Positions 10,267-21,234 of a DNA stretch of 64,000 nt are shown one piece after another (within the stretch, counting starts at the first letter, position 1; the number at the start of each line of letters is the position of its first letter). The stretch spans positions 434,001 through 498,000 of the forward strand of contig RSEE01000026.1 in the NCBI GenBank assembly GCA_003971905.1, read 5' to 3'. This stretch comes from Moniliella sp. 'wahieum'. Taxonomy: Eukaryota. The position numbers and the translations under genes are program-made. The notes beneath the pieces were generated by a model. It was given only the letters and a program-made list of their open reading frames with translations, did no database searches and had not been told where the DNA came from.

Positions 10267-13200
10267 CTTTGGCAACTTGGTTGGGGGGGGGGGTTGGTGG
10301 TGCACAGGGCAACCAGGGACGACGGTTGGGGTGGGTGGAGGGTGGGTAGGATGCGGTTTGACCAGGAGGTCTGGGGAAAGTTACCGAGAGGCCTTCACTT
10401 CAGCCTTATATATACGGTGTTGGGGAAGGTGCGTCGCCATGTCTACCTAGTGGGTATAGGTGGCCTGTGGGTGCTACGTGTCTTGAGAATGGTCACAACA
10501 CTGTTGCCCTTTGCCTTGCAGCTTAGCCTGCAGCTTGGCGGCGCAGAGTACGGATTAAGGATCCACGTAAGCGCGTAAGCGCATCAGCGCAACGCTCGAG
10601 CCAGCTGCGGGTCAAGCAAGCATTCTTGCTCGTGCCTTCATTACCATTCCTACCTAGGTCGTCCAACTCTTTCTCTCTTCCCTCTCTGTCGTCAGCGTGT
10701 CAGGCAATCATACACGTGTGCAGAAGGCAATGCCTGTCCGTGCATCTGCCCCAGCATTCTACGCAGCTCAGTCTCAGCACTCTGCACTCCCAATAGCGAG
10801 ATTCGGCCTTCGGTCTGCTGTCCTCGGTACTCTGTGGCCCGACTGGCGTGACTATGACTAGCTAACGCAGTAACTCTAAACCCTAGAGCCTAGTAACTAA
10901 TAAGCAGTACCTCGAACCCCAATGGGCACTGCACCAGCAAGCGAGTGGGCTAGGCTCCACGCTTGTCGCGACTGGACCAGTACGCAGTCTCCCATGGTGC
11001 ATGGGCCCACCTCGGCTCCTCACCGGCCTCACCGGTCGGCGATCCTCGATCCTCGAGATCACCCATCTCGCATCTTCTCAGATCTCTCCACATTCTTGGG
11101 GCCCCGCACAGCCAGTAATACGAATGCTCAAACAGAGTGCTAGTGACTAGTGACTAGTGACTAGTGACTCGCTAATAGTGCAGTGCTTATAATAGGAACT
11201 AGGGAGGCCAGGCCTGAGACTTAGGCCCGAGGGAGCTAGTAAGGCAATCATGCACATGCATAGTGGGGGTACCTGGGAAAAACATCCGCCGTGTCTCGCT
11301 GCATGTCATGGCCCAGGTTGCGTTTGGCGCACACACAAGGGTACGCGCCCACGGCAAGGTGCTTGTGGGTCAGCACAGTGTCGATCCCAGGTTCTCCCCT
11401 GTGTGCTGCCCTCCGGCTCGCGGTCTTTCAATATTTTTGATGCTCGAGATGTCAACTGTCAACGTTTTGTCAACATACTGTCAGCATGTCAGACGGCATC
11501 TCAGATGCGCCGCCTGTCACACCCTTGCTCTAGACCGTCGAGGGGGCGGGGGAGTTGTTGCGCAGCGGGCGCACCGTCCACCGCCGGACCGAACACATAT
11601 GGCACCGCACCTCCTTTTATCATACCTGTTTACAGATGCTGGTGGGCGTACATCGTGTCTATCCTTGTTTCTCTCTGGCCGTTTAATGTCCCACTACACA
11701 GTACAGTCTGATCATCAAGTCTCTCCCCACATGATCCACTTTGCAAGGGACCACCGGTACCGTAGTGACACTTTCGGAAATATCTTGTTCGCACCATGCT
11801 CACGCAGCGTAAGAGAGGAAGGAACGCAGAAGTGGCCATGATGTCACATGTCACTGTATATATATGGGCAGAGAAGCGGCGCCTTTGCGAGAAGGGTGTG
11901 CGCTTCACTTTGTCTCTACGGTCGTGAGCTAGGAGTCACCACAGGTTGACTGTGTGGTCCCTGATTTGTTCTAGACCCTGTTGCCCCCCTTTGACTACGC
12001 TCCCCTTTCCTTCTCCATATGACTCTCGCATGTTCTCTTCTTCTCCGAGGCATATATACCTCGCCCCCTTTCCACTCGATGAATATGATCCTCATCCTTT
12101 CCCCCATCTCCATCTTCTTTTACGACATCCGCGGATGGAGGTCTTGGGGATCTTGACATGGTGCCAGTGCATGTGGAAGAAGATGAGTGTGACCTTCGAG
12201 GTCACTCGTCCTCTGTGACCTTGTGGTCAACGAGTGTGCACTACAAATGAGGTGGGGGACGCGGATGGCACAGGAAGAAAGGGAAGGAAAAGCTTGCAGG
12301 TGCTTTTTAGACTGTGGCTTTTATCATTTGACAAGTCGCTTTTTGACAACGCCGTAGTTGTCCCTTGGCATAGTGGGGAGGGGGGTGGGGGGCGAGAAAT
12401 CCTTCAGTGTAATTGTATAAAGGCCCCCACAACGTCGAACAGGATACCGATCAGATCGGCAGGAGGGGAAGCATAAGTACTAAGTCTGCATAGCCGAAGG
12501 AGATGACTGGTAGGGTCGTGGGAACATAGGGGTGTAGTGCGGCTAATACATGCACTACTAGTCGCCCGAACAGAAGGGTATCAATATTAAGCGCTTACGA
12601 GACAAGATAGGGGAGATGGGGGAAAGCATAGGAAGAAGGGAAATGCGACAAGAACAGCCTGACCGTCTTTATGCAGAGAACGTTAAACACGTTGAACGTT
12701 TGAACGCGTGCAATCAAAGTGTGCACCATGCCCCCTCGGGGTTCAACGTACGCTCAACCCACGCGGTGCTGCGCAGACGATGGTCTGCTTGCCGGCCGCT
12801 TGTGGGGTCCATGTGGCGCCGAGACGTGGCGTCAAATTTCAAACGTCAAGCGTCAAGAGCTAGCCCCCAGCGCCAAGCTCCAAGACGGCTACCGGGCTGG
12901 GGTGCGCAAGCGGGGCGCAGCAGGCGCAGCACGAGTGGGCGAGTGGGGCGAGCTTGGGTCCCAGTTCCCGATTACTTCCTGCTCCGAGCTCTAAAGCGCA
13001 CAAACGCTGCGCCCTTAGGCCTTACCTCAGCACGCAGCACACGGCTGCAGGCGGCGGGCGGGGGCGTGTGGGCGTGCCATCTGAAACCAGGCCCGCAGCA
13101 ACCGAGGCGCCGGGCGTTGTGGGCGTTGGGCGCTGGGGGGACATCATGCATCATGCATCACCCCCGCCGCCGTCACCCGTCAGCGCGTCAGCGCGTCAGC

Positions 13201-13334
13201 GCTATAACATGTCCCCGGCAGCCAACGGCCGGCTTGGATGCGGAGCACCGACGTGCATCCAGCCGCTAGCTACCCCGGCCCAATCGACCGCCACCATCCC
13301 TGACTCGACCTGGGGCGCCTCCGCCTGAGGCCTG

Positions 13335-14775
13335 ATGCGCATTGGATACGTGGGAAGTGGTGTGGTGCTCGTCGCAGCTTTCGTTGGTGCTTCCCGCGAT
13401 CTCTTGATCAACATCCCTGCTGCCGGCGATGCCATGTTGCTCACCCAGCCCTCGTATGAGTACGGCCCCGAGGGACCAGGCACGCTCAAGGAGATTTACC
13501 GGTGGCAACATGAGCACCGCGATGGCGAGTACGACTTGGGCTTGACCCCTGACGAGATTTCCTTTGATTCCCATCCCGCCCTCGACTGGGGCCAGGTCGT
13601 GGCTGCACCCCCAGAGCCTCCTGCTCCAGTGGGCATGTCGGAAGAGCGCCCAGTCACCTACGCCATGGTACGTCCCCCACCTCCTACTCCCCCTCATCGT
13701 CCACCATGTCTTGACAACGTGTTGCTCTCATCTAGCTCCTTGCCCACCAACGCGATTTTCAACAGGCCCTCGAGGAGGTCGATGCTATAACCAGCCCATA
13801 ACGTGTCTCTTGTGTCCCCCCCCCCCCTTGTCCCGAATTCATCTCTAGAGGCCAGAACTCAATGGATACTCCGTACCCCGTGCCCAACCCATCTGCAACC
13901 CATGTTCGTCGCCACCCCCTCCACTTCGAGTTGGGCAATAAATTGGCCCGCATAGCCCACCTTGGGCGGACGAAGGCTCTTACCAACGAGGTTGGGAGTG
14001 TGCAGACAAGGACCACAGACAGCCTGCGCACGTTGCTCGTCCTGTTCGTTCCGGTGTGTGCTAAGCTCAGCCTCGCTGGTCATACTAGCTACCTCATCTT
14101 TGTCCCCGGGTTCGTATTCTTTGAGTGGCTCGGGTATGGCAGCAGGAAAAATCGAGCCGTTTGTGTTACGAACCGGCGAGACGATCTGTTCGCTCGTCAC
14201 TTTGTGCCCACCTACTTGAGATCGAGAGGCGAAGATAGCTGCACCTGCCAGTGGTGCTTGACCGCGATTCCCAGCCTTGCGTTGCGGTACCGGTACAGAG
14301 CCGGATCAGGAGCACTACTAAGTGTCTTTGGGAATCGTGTCTTTCCCCATTCCACACAGCGTCACAGCCAAGGCCTCCAGTTATGTCGCTAGGGAGTTGC
14401 TGGTATTGGCTTGGCCGGCTTCTCCGAGGGTTGTTTGATCAGTTTGAGGGATCGGCTTGCACCGTCGTGGCTGGTGCGTCAAACGACCAACCGGAAGGAA
14501 AACGTACGCAAGCCCATGTCCCCCGGCACTTGCTATACAGTTTTTGTTGTCCCCGAGATATAGCGTTTGACAAGCGTGAGGCCTCAAGGACCATTCGGAC
14601 TCCAGGTCTCATCATGCATCACCGTCTTTCGTGGAGAACAAAATTGGGGTGGTTGAACGTTGGATCTAAAAGAAGTTTTCTTGTACACAAGGTCTCGCCA
14701 GATGAACAAAAGGTGGCCATCATACTGAACGGGCGCATTGTGGGTTGCAGGAACCACCACCGCACCAGAGCCTGA
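13335..14775 (+). CDS. Hypothetical multi-exon protein, boundaries uncertain
   Basis: Chain of protein-like + strand ORFs (13335-13790, 13862-14392, 14251-14775) with GTACGT donor-like sites near 13668 and 14504. No family recognised. Confidence 0.3.
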
Positions 14776-15447
14776 TGAGTATATACTGAGTCTTAGTACG
14801 AAGGATGTATGGTCGGCGCCAAACACTAGTTACTGTGGCCACGCTCAATTGGTCGCCTCCAACAAACAAGGAAAGACACGTCCCCTTCCGTGGCATGTGC
14901 TACAATGGGCCCATCAGCTTCCCCTTATCCCTTTGCGCGCGGTGAGCCAGACGGATTGGCGATTGAACCGCTCGGGAAACTGGGTTTAGGTAGGTCGGGG
15001 ACCACGGAAAAATGCAAGTGTAAGCTCTACCTCTCCATTGATGGTGGGATAGGAATGTCGCGCTGTCAGCGCATTCCAGGCCAGTCACGTAGAGACCCGT
15101 CAGCGCGTCAGCCCTTTAGGCCCTTTGGCCTTAGGGCTGGCTTCAGCACGCGGTGGACCGGTGGTCGTCCGACCACAACCTGGGTATATAGCTCTTCTCC
15201 CGTCCATTGCAGCTTCCAGGCCAAGTCGGACTGAGATCTCAGAATCTCACACCTGCGTAGCGCAGAAGCGAGACTGATCGAGGGCAGGGAAAAAGCAACT
15301 TTGAAAACACGACAATTTCCGCTTCATGGTTTCCGCCACTCTCGTCACGCGTCATACATCATGCATCATGCACCATGCACCATGCATCGTGCCGATTGGT
15401 GCTCGATGCTGGGGGAGCGGAGCGCGAGGGGCTCGGCGTTGTCTAAG

Positions 15448-15778
15448 CTGGCGACGCTGGGCATGACGGTGATCAACTTGATTGACAAGTCCCACCTGGT
15501 GGACGACGACGGCACTGGACCTTCTTTGGGCGGCGGGGGGACCGCGTGGCATGGCGAGCGCGGCTGTGGTTGTTTTTGGGTTTGCTTTGTTGGCGGGCGG
15601 CTTGTCGGGGAGTGCGAGGGTGTTGGTGGTAAAGTACCTGATTCACTCGGCACGGGCTGGGTACGAGTACTATGGCCTGGCCAACGTGGGACAGTCGTTT
15701 GGCATTATGCTGGCTACCATCATCCTCTGGTCGACGCAGAGTGTGACGACGGACGATGAGTACAGTCTCAACATTTAA
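15448..15778 (+). pseudogene. VPS68: 3' half of VPS68/TMEM50 (UPF0220) family gene; 5' half not found
   Basis: Stitched frames give LATLGMTVINLIDKSHL..RVAWRARLWLFLGFALLAGGLSGS..VLVVKY..YYGLANVGQ..IMLATIILW..DEYSLNI*, typical of the Vps68 C-terminal half. Confidence 0.7.
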
Positions 15779-16204
15779 TTTGTGCCCTTTTTCTTGCTCA
15801 ATGGACCTTCTCTTTGTGGATTGCTGGATTGTGGTAGCGGGCGGGTGCTTCAGGGGGATGGCAGGACGTAGTTGATTGTGGTGGACGGGGGCGGCTGCCT
15901 GATGGGAGCCAGCACCAATGTGGCCAGGGGAGCGAGCGGATGGACGGGCGATCGAGTGGATGGATGCACACTGAGTACTGAGTATCGAATGGGGATGCAG
16001 CCGGAACGGAAACCCTAGCGCTGCAAGCTGCTTCGGCACTGGAGCACTGGAGCACTCTAGGGCTCCAGCTCGCGTCGTCAGCGCGCAGGTTGAAACAATT
16101 AACTTTGAGGCGGCTTCGCGTCGCGTCCTGGGCTTGGACCACCACCTGGGCGTCTTCTGCTGCCGCCACTGGCTGCAATCCACCCGCGAGCCACGACTGG
16201 GACG

Positions 16205-19200
16205 ATGCAGGCGCAGGGCTACGCCACTCCACTTGCCTCCGATGCAACCCCCGCCGTTGCCATTGGCGACCACCGCCGCGACCTTGTGCATGCTGTCAGC
16301 CAGTCCATCCAGAGCGGCGCCCAACACCGCCCGCTCCAGCTGCTCATGGCCCAGGGGCTCTTTGTCGTCACTGCCCCGCCGCTCTTCCTGCCAGCGCAGC
16401 CTCCGCCCCCCGCCTTCCCGATGGCAACGTCGTTATCAGCATGCAGGAGGCCGCTGCTCTCGGTATCTCCGCCTCTTCCTTCCTCCCGCCCACCGACTCG
16501 TACCCTGCCGGCGTGCCGGCTTTTGCCGCGCTCATGCTCCAGCAGGCTCAGCAGGTGCCACAGGCACAAACGCCACAACCTCAACAGGCACAGCAAGCTC
16601 TTCCCCCAAGTAACCCCGCAGATGTTCAGCACCAGTTCCAGCAGCAGCAGCTTCAGATCCAGCAGCAGCAGCAGCAGCAGCAACAGTTCCAGCAGCAGTT
16701 TCGTCTAGCTCAAGCTCAAGCTCAAGCTCAAGCTCAGGCGCAAGCTCAAGCTCAGGCGCAAGCGCAAGCTGCTCAAGCAGCGCAAGCCCAAGCTCAAGCC
16801 CAAGCCCAAGCTCAAGCTCAAGCCCAAGCCCAAGCTCAAGCCCAAGCCCAAGCTCAAGCTCAGGCCCAGGCTCAAGCTCAGGCTCAAGCACAGGCCCAAC
16901 AAGCCCAAGCTCGAGCTCAGGCACTGGCCCAAGCTCAGGCCCAAGCTCAGGCCCAAGCTCAAGCTCAGACGCAGGCTCAGGCCCAAGCTCAGGCCCAAGC
17001 TCAAGCTCAGACGCAGGCTCAGGCTCAGGTTCGGGCCCGTGCTCAGGCTCAGGCACAGTCCCCTGGTCACATCCAAGCCCAAGGCCAGGTCCAACCAGGC
17101 CAACTTCAAGCTCTGGCACAGCAACCCTTGTCGGTTGACCCGACTCACCAACTCCGCATGGCCCAGCAACTGACGCCGCAACAGCAACACAAAATTGCTG
17201 CCGAGGCGCTGCGCCGAGGATCCGTTGCGAGTTTGGGCCCAGGTGAGCGACACCCGGTGTGGTAAGTTCGCCTCAGACTGCTTCGGGGGATGCATCAATT
17301 TCTTCGGATGCAGCGCTGGTAGCTCATCGGCGCAGTCTTGCGGCCTCTGCCTCTGCCAACCCCCATCTGCCCCCCGTCTTGGGGGGGCCTCTCCCACCAA
17401 AGAGCGCAGGGGTGTCCCGGTCTCTTCGGCAAACACGATCGTGAGTGTTGTGCCTCTGTCCGAGACGGCCAACCTCTCGCTCTCCCCTGACGAGGAGGAA
17501 GCGCTCGTGACGATCATGAGCCGGGATACGGCGTATGCAGCTCAAACGGACAAGACGCGTGGGAGGATGAAGAACGCGATTCGAGCTTACGCCGAGCTGA
17601 TCTGGTCACGCAGGCAAATGCGCTCGTATCCGTCCGGCCCCGAGCCCTTGCAGCCCTCAACGCTGCAGTGGTGGGAAAAAGGTGCAGGCGAGCCTGCTTT
17701 GGGTCCGCAACAGGGGTATGAAACGTTCCAGCTGATCTACCCAGCCCAGCGCCGTGCTATCGAATCGGCTCATACACCAGGAGAAAGGAATCGGTTAGCT
17801 CTTCCCCCAGAGTCCATCGTTTCAACCGCCACGCAGGAGACGCACTCATCTCGTCGCCGGCCGCGGAGCAGTGCTGCACCCACGGTAGGGGTGAGACGCG
17901 ACCTGGTGCTGCCCTCCGAGCCTCTGATGGGGTCGAGGCAAGCTCTAGCGGATGCGGTCAAGGCCAAGTCGGCTCTTTTACCTGAAGACTTGGTTGCCAT
18001 CCGGCTCGAGGTGGCGGCCGAGCCTGTGCGTCTGAACGATACGTTCACTTGGAACGCGGCCGAGACGGATGTGACGGTGGAGCAGTTTGGCCAAATGATG
18101 TGTGAAGACCTGGGCTTGCCTGCCAATATTTTCTTGCCAGCTATCAAGGAGCAGGTGGAACAGCAACTGGCTCAGCATATGCCCATCAACTCGGTCGTGC
18201 CCAATCTTTCTGCACCAAGGGGGACCAAACGCAAAGCCGACGACGACTTGGCATGGTGGGCTTCTGTGCGGGACCAAGTTGTTGCTCTCGATCCTCAGCC
18301 TGGAGAAGACACAGAGACTATTGGGACTCGAATAGTTTCCCCTGATGATTCCGACTGTACAAAGGATGGGACCGAAGCACCTGCTGAACGTCAATGGGCA
18401 GATGCGGATCTTCGGATACAATCAAGGTACGTTTACTTTTTTTTTCGTTTCCGAATCGCTGCTAACATGTACGGGACCCAGCTGGATGTAATTGTAGGCG
18501 GCATGCAACTGCTAGATCAGTTCGAGTGGGACTTGGCCAATGATCAACCTTCGCCCGAGGAATTTGCCAAGCTTTAGCAAGCGACTTGGGATTGGCAGGA
18601 GAGTTTGTCACGGCTGTGGCCGAGCAAATTCGAGAACAAACAGAGGTGCACATGAAGAGCCTCGCCGCGATTGGATACACGTTTGATGGCGCACCGGTTG
18701 ATCATATGAGCTGAATCAAGCATTCCTCCCTCCGCTCTTGGCAGAGGGACAGTCCATTTACCGCTCCGAGGCCGAGACGGAGAACCATACCCCTGTTCTG
18801 GTGCAACTTACAGAGATTGACATTGAAGTCCAAGAACGCGAACGCGAACGAGACGCTCGCCGTAAAAAGCGCCAGTCTCGCGGACGCCGTGGGGTCCTGG
18901 TTCTCCCCGACCGGGAACCACGCAAGACGATTCGTACACCGGCTTTGTTTGGCTCCCAAACTGTTTCCCCCGAGCTTGCTGCTTCTTGGACCGTGTCTTC
19001 CAGTTCGGGCCTTGGGACCAGCGGGATTGGCACCTCTCATCATCCTCGTCGTGCGGCAGCCGCAGCGGCAGCTGCAGCCAATGCACAACTCAACGATTCG
19101 GATGCTGGCTCTACCCCGGCCGCTGCTTCTACTCCCAACTGGACGAGGTGGTGTCCAGTGCTAACCGACGTGCGCTTCGCTCTGAAGATTGGCGAATTAG

Positions 19201-20142
19201 CTTCCAATACCCTGGTGGACTGGGGTACAAGGCGAACAGAACAAGGCCTATCCGCCGGTCCTGCATTCCTTGGCCAGGTGGAGGGGAGGAACTGAATTTA
19301 GTTGGATCTACTTCGGCCGAACCGTTTGGCACCGAGGGGCCCACCCCAGATGCTGAAATCTTAGCCACTCGTCCCACTATGATCAACGGAGTATGGCACT
19401 GCCCTAACTGTGGTGTACCGGAAACTGTGGTGGGGGGCAGGCAAGGGTCCGGGCGGACCTCGAAGCTTGTGCTCCTCCTGCGGCAACTTTTGGTCTCGCT
19501 ACCGTCGCCTCCGTCCGGTCGAGTACACTACCGACCCGGACGTGCACCGTGCCCGTCGGAGCGAACGGATGAGCGGCGTGTCGCTCCCACGCTCGTTGAT
19601 GAATGACAAACTGGACGACACAGAGTACGTCGAGGGGGAAGGGGAGGACGAGGGCAGGGAGCCAAGCGTCTCCGCTGCCTCGCCACCTGCTACAGCCACA
19701 ACCACAACCACAGCCACGGCCCCAGCCACGGCCTCAGCTACGGCCCCAGCCACGGCCACCCCCCGCGGCTCTTTGGCCCGGGAGCCCAGCTTCGCCTTCT
19801 TCCAGTTCGGCGGTTGTGCCGCGCCCCGAACCGCTCGACCCAAGTGACCACGTGTGGCCCGACTGGCTGACGCGACACATGGGCACCCTCCGTGGCAAGT
19901 ATCCTCACGATCTGTTTGAGCCCGTGTTGCGGGGCAAAAAGGGCGCCAAGGGCGAATGGCGGATCCGGTGCTCGGATTGTCCCGACTTGCTGTACAAGAC
20001 GGGCCCGAACGAGACCCTGTTCAACTTTGAGGTCCATCTCAAGAACCGCTCGCACCGGGCCAAAGTCCAAGCACGCTTGGACCAGGCCCAGCAGGCTGAG
20101 CCCGCCCAGCCAGCCTGGGACGGCACGCCTTTCCCCGCCTAA
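16205..20142 (+). CDS. SNF5: SWI/SNF subunit Snf5 (SMARCB1/INI1 family) with N-terminal polyQ/QA tract and C-terminal zinc-finger-like modules
   Basis: Repeat 1 [32 protein letters not shown]; repeat 2 [24 protein letters not shown]; coiled coil [52 protein letters not shown]. Intron 18427-18481. Confidence 0.9.
16640..17060 (+). repeat. CAG tract followed by (CAAGCT/CAGGCC/CAAGCC)n, encoding polyQ and more than 100 residues of QA repeat
   Basis: Hexamer tandem repeats directly visible within the SNF5 N-terminus. Confidence 0.95.
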
Positions 20143-20280
20143 AGGTCGGATGGTAGATACGATGGACTATGGAGTATGGACTTGGTACTGGCAAGAGAGG
20201 GAAATGGATTCTCGCTCGATTCAACGAGCACATTGGTGGCAGCTCGTCCAGCATAGCGAAACCTACCTATCTCTAGATCA

Positions 20281-20881
20281 CGTCCATTTCATTGACAGAG
20301 CTTAAGGCTGGGACAGGGGGAACGCTACGTCTAAACCTAACCGTTCATTTTGCGGGGGTTACTTGGAAGCGCCACCCAGGTTAAGGATGAACCAGGGGAT
20401 CGCCGGGATATCAGGACCCTCCGGTTCTCGCCATCCGGTCCCGTACCCTACTAAGGAAGCGCGTGTGGACATGGATGAACGTGGTTGATATCCGAGCGAG
20501 GAACCATTTCCACTGAGACTTAGTAGCCAACTCCTTCCAATGCGCAAACAACTTGCCCGCTGTCTTGGTGCCGTAGTATCCAGTCGCGTCGTCAAACCAG
20601 GGGGAAAAACACGGCTCTTGAGCGCGTCCCTGGTACTTGGCGTTCTTGTCGCATTCTGCTTGTTCAAGCAGCCGAAGCAGCTCCTTCTCCCGGCGTTCCA
20701 AGGGAGTTGTGCGGTGCTCTCATGCACCACCCGCGAGAACCGGGGGGTCCTGATATCCCGGCGATCCCCCTGGTTCCTTAACCTTGGTGGTGCTTCCAAG
20801 CAACCCCCGCAAGATGAACGGTTAGGTTTAGACGTAGCGTTCCCCCTGTCCCAACCTTAAGCTCTGTCAATGAAATGGACG
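20281..20881. mobile_element. Fold-back/MITE-like element with ~150-bp terminal inverted repeats
   Basis: 20281-20431 is the reverse complement of ~20733-20881, with about six substitutions and a small indel; ~300-bp spacer. No unambiguous TSD. Confidence 0.7.
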
Positions 20882-21234
20882 CAACATAGAGATCACCGTG
20901 ATCCCTCATCGCCACGGATTCATTATTTTACGTTGGCTTGGTGGCATGTGAGACACGGTGTGACACGGTGATGGGCGCTGCATAGAAGCCAGACAAGTAG
21001 AGAAAGCGGTGGCTCTTGGTGCCCGCTATTGGATCTACTACTGCTTTCTGGCTCCGTCACACCACTGCTCCAAGATCCAGCAGGACAGATCATCCATTGC
21101 TGCAAGCCTCCCCAAGGCTTCCCCTTCTCCGTGCCACCACCAACCATCTACCTTAAAAGAGGCCTTCAACTGTCGTCAAAGCGGAATCTGCGCCTTTCCT
21201 CCCAACCACATACCACACTCTGTGCTTCACCATC

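Noticed and set aside
11140..11168. Short regular repeats as a possible CRISPR or telomere array
   Set aside because: Eukaryotic locus, 7-bp units without spacers, not TTAGGG; explained by the TNA-palindrome motif.
16532..17517. LE/LS/LG-repeat ORFs on the minus strand
   Set aside because: Alternative readings of the QA hexamer repeat.
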